Below, piece by piece: positions 17,301 through 20,000 of a stretch of DNA of 20,000 bases (within the stretch, counting starts at the first letter, position 1; each line of letters opens with the position of its first letter). The translations under genes and the position numbers were made by a program. The stretch is from Piedraia hortae CBS 480.64 (Eukaryota). The notes below the pieces were generated by a model. It was given only the letters and a program-made list of their open reading frames with translations, searched no databases and was not told where the DNA came from. The stretch is taken from positions 112,725 to 132,724 of the forward strand of contig MU005972.1 of assembly GCA_010093745.1 (NCBI GenBank), read 5' to 3'.

Positions 17301-19394
17301 GAATATCAAGCTCAGCCAAGGGGTGATGATGCTGGAGCATTCCTTAATCAATGGATCGGTCCGCAACATTCTGACTCGCACCCGCCGGTTGCACCCGGTC
17401 CTCACAGGCAGGGAAGGCAAAGCTACGTAGAGGAAAGTTTGGCCAGCAGTGACGCCCCTCGCCAGGCGGGGGCTCAGAGTTTTCAAGGCGTACGTGAAGG
17501 TGCTCCGGTAGATTCTCGGGGTGAAACTGTCAACGAATTCGTCGATCGACCACGTGTACCAATGATTTCTCAGCAGCAGCCACCTCTTTCTGAACAGCAG
17601 GAAATGGACCCTATGAATTTTGGATATAGAGGCAATGCGGGCTCACGCCAACGCTGGAGTTCTTATGAGTATATCCAGAACCAGTCTACTGCTTATGGAT
17701 CAACTAGGTCCCCGCAGGGCTACGAGCACAACCAAGCTGCTCCCTATGAAGCTGCCTCAGTCTCGTACGCTCCGCAGAGACAAGGTGTGAACGTTCGTCA
17801 TTCATACGTTCAGGCTCCGCCCAGCAGACAGCAGTATACCCCGGCTGCCATTCGTCAGCTCGGCATGGAACGGCAAGGGGATTATCCTTCGTCTCGTGTT
17901 CACAACAGGAGTGTTTCGCAACCTGGCGTGGCGTCTCCTTTCCAAGGGAATAATGCCCCGAGACTCAGCATGGATAACCCCCCGCCTCAAAGCTTTGCCG
18001 CTCATCAGAATCAGATGTATGGCAATCATCCCCGGGAGTTGCACTCCGCCAAGAACGCCCGCGGGTCTCAGACACCCTCCTTACGACACTCTTTTGCAGG
18101 ACGTGTGCGGCAACCGACCGGGATACCGCTCGGTGACGATACCCCAGAGGGAGCGCAGTCGCCTGACGAATATCCGTGGGCTCCGGTTCTGACCGGCCAA
18201 GACCTTGGTCCTGCTCATGCCCAGCAACCCTATGGGTATTTTGAAGTCCGTCAGCCCGTACAGGTGCATCGTGACAGTGGATATGTTGAGTCTGGACAAC
18301 CACAGAGCGCAGCGGATTCTGTCGGACGTAGCTCTCAAGAGTCGCGGACATTCTCGCAGGCTCCCATGGATGACCCCATCCAAGTTTCGAAATCCCGTCG
18401 TCAAGGCTCGGCAGATACGGGTAACTCGGGCAGCAGACAGGTAGAACGACCGAATCATCAGCGCAAGGTCAGCGCGTTATCAACGCTACCCAGCCAGCAA
18501 AGAGCGCAGCGGCTGGGAACGCCGCGTCGAATGCCCAGTCCTGAGCCAGTGGCTCGGGCGGAGGAAGTTTCACCAGCGATTTCACCAGCTATAAGTGAAG
18601 AACCGCGGGCGCCATCCATTTCCCATATTATTCGGGCAAGGGAGGCGACGCAAGGCATACCAATGCAGCAAGGCAGTGTGCCTGAGCCGGTGCAGCCAGC
18701 CGCGCAGCAGCAAACAAATGTCGCACCCGCCCCCTTTTCCATGCCGTTCGACGACGACATCGCCCACCTTTCCCATGGTCCCTACAATCAAACCCAGCCA
18801 CAATCCTACCCCTCGGTGCCTTCACAGCCCTACCAGTTCCATCGCTCCCCGCAGCCACAGACGCCAACCATCCAACTTCCTCTTCAAGAACAACCCATTC
18901 CGGATCCCCCAGCACCTCAAAACAAACACCACCGCTCGCGATCCCGCATGTCCCTTAACTTCATGCGCCGCCCTTCCTCAAGCGGAGCAACCCAACCCGA
19001 AGGCGTCGAAACCCCCAAGAAACGGAACAGCATTTTCCGCACCTTCAGCAGCAAGCGGTACCCAAAAGGCACACCCGAGAACGAGGAACCTAAACCTCAA
19101 AGAAGCTTCTCCACGCGTGCCGATCTCTCACCAAACCCATCCAGCCCAACAAGTACCGGGAATAAATGGGCAAACATCTTCCGCCGCTCTAAAACCCAAT
19201 ACTTTTCCGAAGGGAAGAAACTGATGAAATCTTCACCCGGGGAACTAGGTACAGCCCCCGTCTACGATGCTCCAACTACGGAGAATTTGCCCGCTTCGCG
19301 GGAGGGAGGACAGAATAAGGAACGTGATGCAAAGAGATTCTATAAATCCGCTCCGCCCACGGGAATACCTGAGGGGTCGCCTGATCTGAGGTGA
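14346..19394 (+). CDS. Very long Gln/Ser/Pro/Gly-rich, probably disordered coding region (1,682 aa); probable exon 2 of the gene starting at 10980 (if independent, first ATG at 14583)
   Basis: The frame of ORF 14538..19394 stays open upstream to 14346 (GFASFQRRSSSSRSRSRTVSTP..YASQPLPTTRLPSY), bounded by TAG at 14343-14345. About 5 kb without a stop; no recognisable domain. Confidence 0.8.
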   Translation, partial: GFASFQRRSSSSRSRSRTVSTPIRPTEEDSATGRRGRSSPPPTLPISTLSGRGPPARGRYASQPLPTTRLPSYTRDSEPMTVANPSQGDGPVIGYFTTSSTTEHFSMTVSTTTSVRFNVRGNQGGGNARRVTSGAGIGTETAAAGAVSIGNAVAAGATMSGRDGSSSKAGAISTPEDGNAAAAAVATTSPANGPVMSLAAGTRSRIVSISSQDEAPTRTNIRFTDVSSSQNVGSAEARAHGMDDFVFDIGPSKEEHDDTTLQEVPLPHTRTRSQAGFFHQFGQRVASSQDRDGLLPFEHSTNLPPPSPDGMSHEAFVPKQQHLPLPDNRKPEPEGSRALVERGDGDGYGSAGVEDVHGPSGDLKGQPLPADGDGYGPSDSRHGLVTSGNGDEYHSSELGYGYRPSVDEQVYTASEDEQVHADRHPETFRIPTQSPPPTLTQMFFSALLGRPIHASNEQDSPHQQEYSTSLEDDRFERDERQTRRLSQEKALPGQVQARSGYATHERDLEEEYAAGYRQGMLDQKRGNAGAYGPSRRTPSPVGYHGHMPLQRENSRGHAQQGHDQRASSFVVYASPQIGQENAECHRQGPVDRGQTFSPPQQEMVRSMQRHNSQMAAQYRGPTNNVEMPPSQLRQENHGEYPGRPLRPGQSGQSLPQADLPMQRGPAQPMHEPQIRHDVPSQDDQMLQRSESYGQRNQNPVHDGTMGRMPALTGHEIGPSEAPQNRMLDQSFDGYGQQPQTWTDHSGPDPMQPRAGSSVPEGVTRPTHSHASPEITQTRMHNANMSYPSQSSNQQAPQTGVLAGSRDGQTSRGIMAEQPFPSGYTTPGGRARSPADGPYLGQELPAECVRSTSEYGHIPVDQTYYNRPDQTPRQGMSNAPEEYARAEIYDGGYGQMQEHTGPGQGSQMPMQQAPAQMNMAQQYESPSSQTSVQQYPEQRVTGFDTAGLQQTFDGAQMSTDAQSTSRGQVPTQLPSVMFNQPISRSSEYQAQPRGDDAGAFLNQWIGPQHSDSHPPVAPGPHRQGRQSYVEESLASSDAPRQAGAQSFQGVREGAPVDSRGETVNEFVDRPRVPMISQQQPPLSEQQEMDPMNFGYRGNAGSRQRWSSYEYIQNQSTAYGSTRSPQGYEHNQAAPYEAASVSYAPQRQGVNVRHSYVQAPPSRQQYTPAAIRQLGMERQGDYPSSRVHNRSVSQPGVASPFQGNNAPRLSMDNPPPQSFAAHQNQMYGNHPRELHSAKNARGSQTPSLRHSFAGRVRQPTGIPLGDDTPEGAQSPDEYPWAPVLTGQDLGPAHAQQPYGYFEVRQPVQVHRDSGYVESGQPQSAADSVGRSSQESRTFSQAPMDDPIQVSKSRRQGSADTGNSGSRQVERPNHQRKVSALSTLPSQQRAQRLGTPRRMPSPEPVARAEEVSPAISPAISEEPRAPSISHIIRAREATQGIPMQQGSVPEPVQPAAQQQTNVAPAPFSMPFDDDIAHLSHGPYNQTQPQSYPSVPSQPYQFHRSPQPQTPTIQLPLQEQPIPDPPAPQNKHHRSRSRMSLNFMRRPSSSGATQPEGVETPKKRNSIFRTFSSKRYPKGTPENEEPKPQRSFSTRADLSPNPSSPTSTGNKWANIFRRSKTQYFSEGKKLMKSSPGELGTAPVYDAPTTENLPASREGGQNKERDAKRFYKSAPPTGIPEGSPDLR

Positions 19395-19511
19395 TTGTTT
19401 AAAACTAGTGATAATAATAATTGTTGGATTGAGGTAGACAAAAGCGATAATAATTTTCCTTTGCATTACATCTCAACGAGCGACTATTCGTGATTCATCA
19501 ACTACATACAC

Positions 19512-20000
19512 TCACAAATGGATAGTTGTCGGTCCCGTAAGGGGAATCTTTTGCTTGATCACCTGGCCCTGGGGTTTGCCACGATAGCCGGTATAGCTGT
19601 GCTGACCACCATATCCTCCTGAAGTGCCGCTACCGCCTAGGACGGTAACCCCCGCGATGACCGAATCGGTTTTGTAGGCAAACGTTCCCGATACCTTCAG
19701 CGTACGGTCGCTGTATTCAAACTTGATATCGCTCGTTGCAGCTTGCTCGATGCTGACGCCGTCGTCGAGGTAGAGGTTTCCACTTGCGGTGCCGTTCGCG
19801 GACAGGGCGATAATCAGCTCAAAGTCTTTCGTTCGGAGTGCTTTGGTTGTGTTTGCCGATTCGATGCGCTGTGGGATGATGGATCCACCGCGGTAGTAGA
19901 GGGGGATGGTATCGTACGCGACATCCGTCAGAGTGACTGTGCTGCCCTGGCCGTGGACGGGCTCCTGCGTGTAGTAGTCGTAGAAGAGGTCATTTGGCAA
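19512..20000 (-). CDS. Glycoside hydrolase family 31 alpha-glucosidase, C-terminal part (gene continues beyond the window)
   Basis: PNDLFYDYYT, IPLYYRGGSIIPQR..SANTT..LR...FELIIA, GTASGNLYLDDGVS are typical of the C-terminal beta-domains of secreted fungal GH31 enzymes. The catalytic domain is outside the window. Confidence 0.9.
   Translation of the reverse strand: MPNDLFYDYYTQEPVHGQGSTVTLTDVAYDTIPLYYRGGSIIPQRIESANTTKALRTKDFELIIALSANGTASGNLYLDDGVSIEQAATSDIKFEYSDRTLKVSGTFAYKTDSVIAGVTVLGGSGTSGGYGGQHSYTGYRGKPQGQVIKQKIPLTGPTTIHL

Noticed and set aside
2537..19466. Many 60-240 aa antisense or alternative-frame ORFs nested in the main genes
   Set aside because: Expected shadow ORFs of GC-rich coding sequence; none shows a domain-like sequence.
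1..20000. Transposons, CRISPR arrays, tRNA/rRNA, secondary-metabolite cluster
   Set aside because: No transposase/RT motifs, terminal repeats, spaced repeat arrays, cloverleaf or rRNA-like sequence, or backbone enzymes seen.

Overview
Eukaryotic DNA from a filamentous ascomycete (Pezizomycotina). The very short introns (44-49 nt) and tight gene spacing suggest a compact genome; the exact taxon cannot be fixed from the sequence. Left to right: about 1 kb with no confident gene; a SPOUT-family RNA methyltransferase (-); a single-pass membrane protein of unknown function (-); a two-exon Git3/Gpr1-like 7-TM receptor (-); a Plp2-type phosducin-like protein (-) head-to-head, only 116 bp apart, with three-exon gamma-COP/SEC21 (+); two large low-complexity ORFs (+); and the 3' end of a GH31 alpha-glucosidase (-). 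The main observation is that the two large ORFs look like one gene. A 93-nt phase-0 intron (AAG|GTATGA...TGTAG|GGG) joins them in frame into a roughly 2,711-aa protein, and the donor site itself reads Val-STOP, so an unspliced or intron-terminated transcript gives a clean 1,030-aa isoform. The junction is obscured by a 10-N gap flanked by two 176-bp copies that differ only inside the intron. No mobile element, CRISPR array, tRNA or rRNA was found, and I see no convincing multi-gene novel system.
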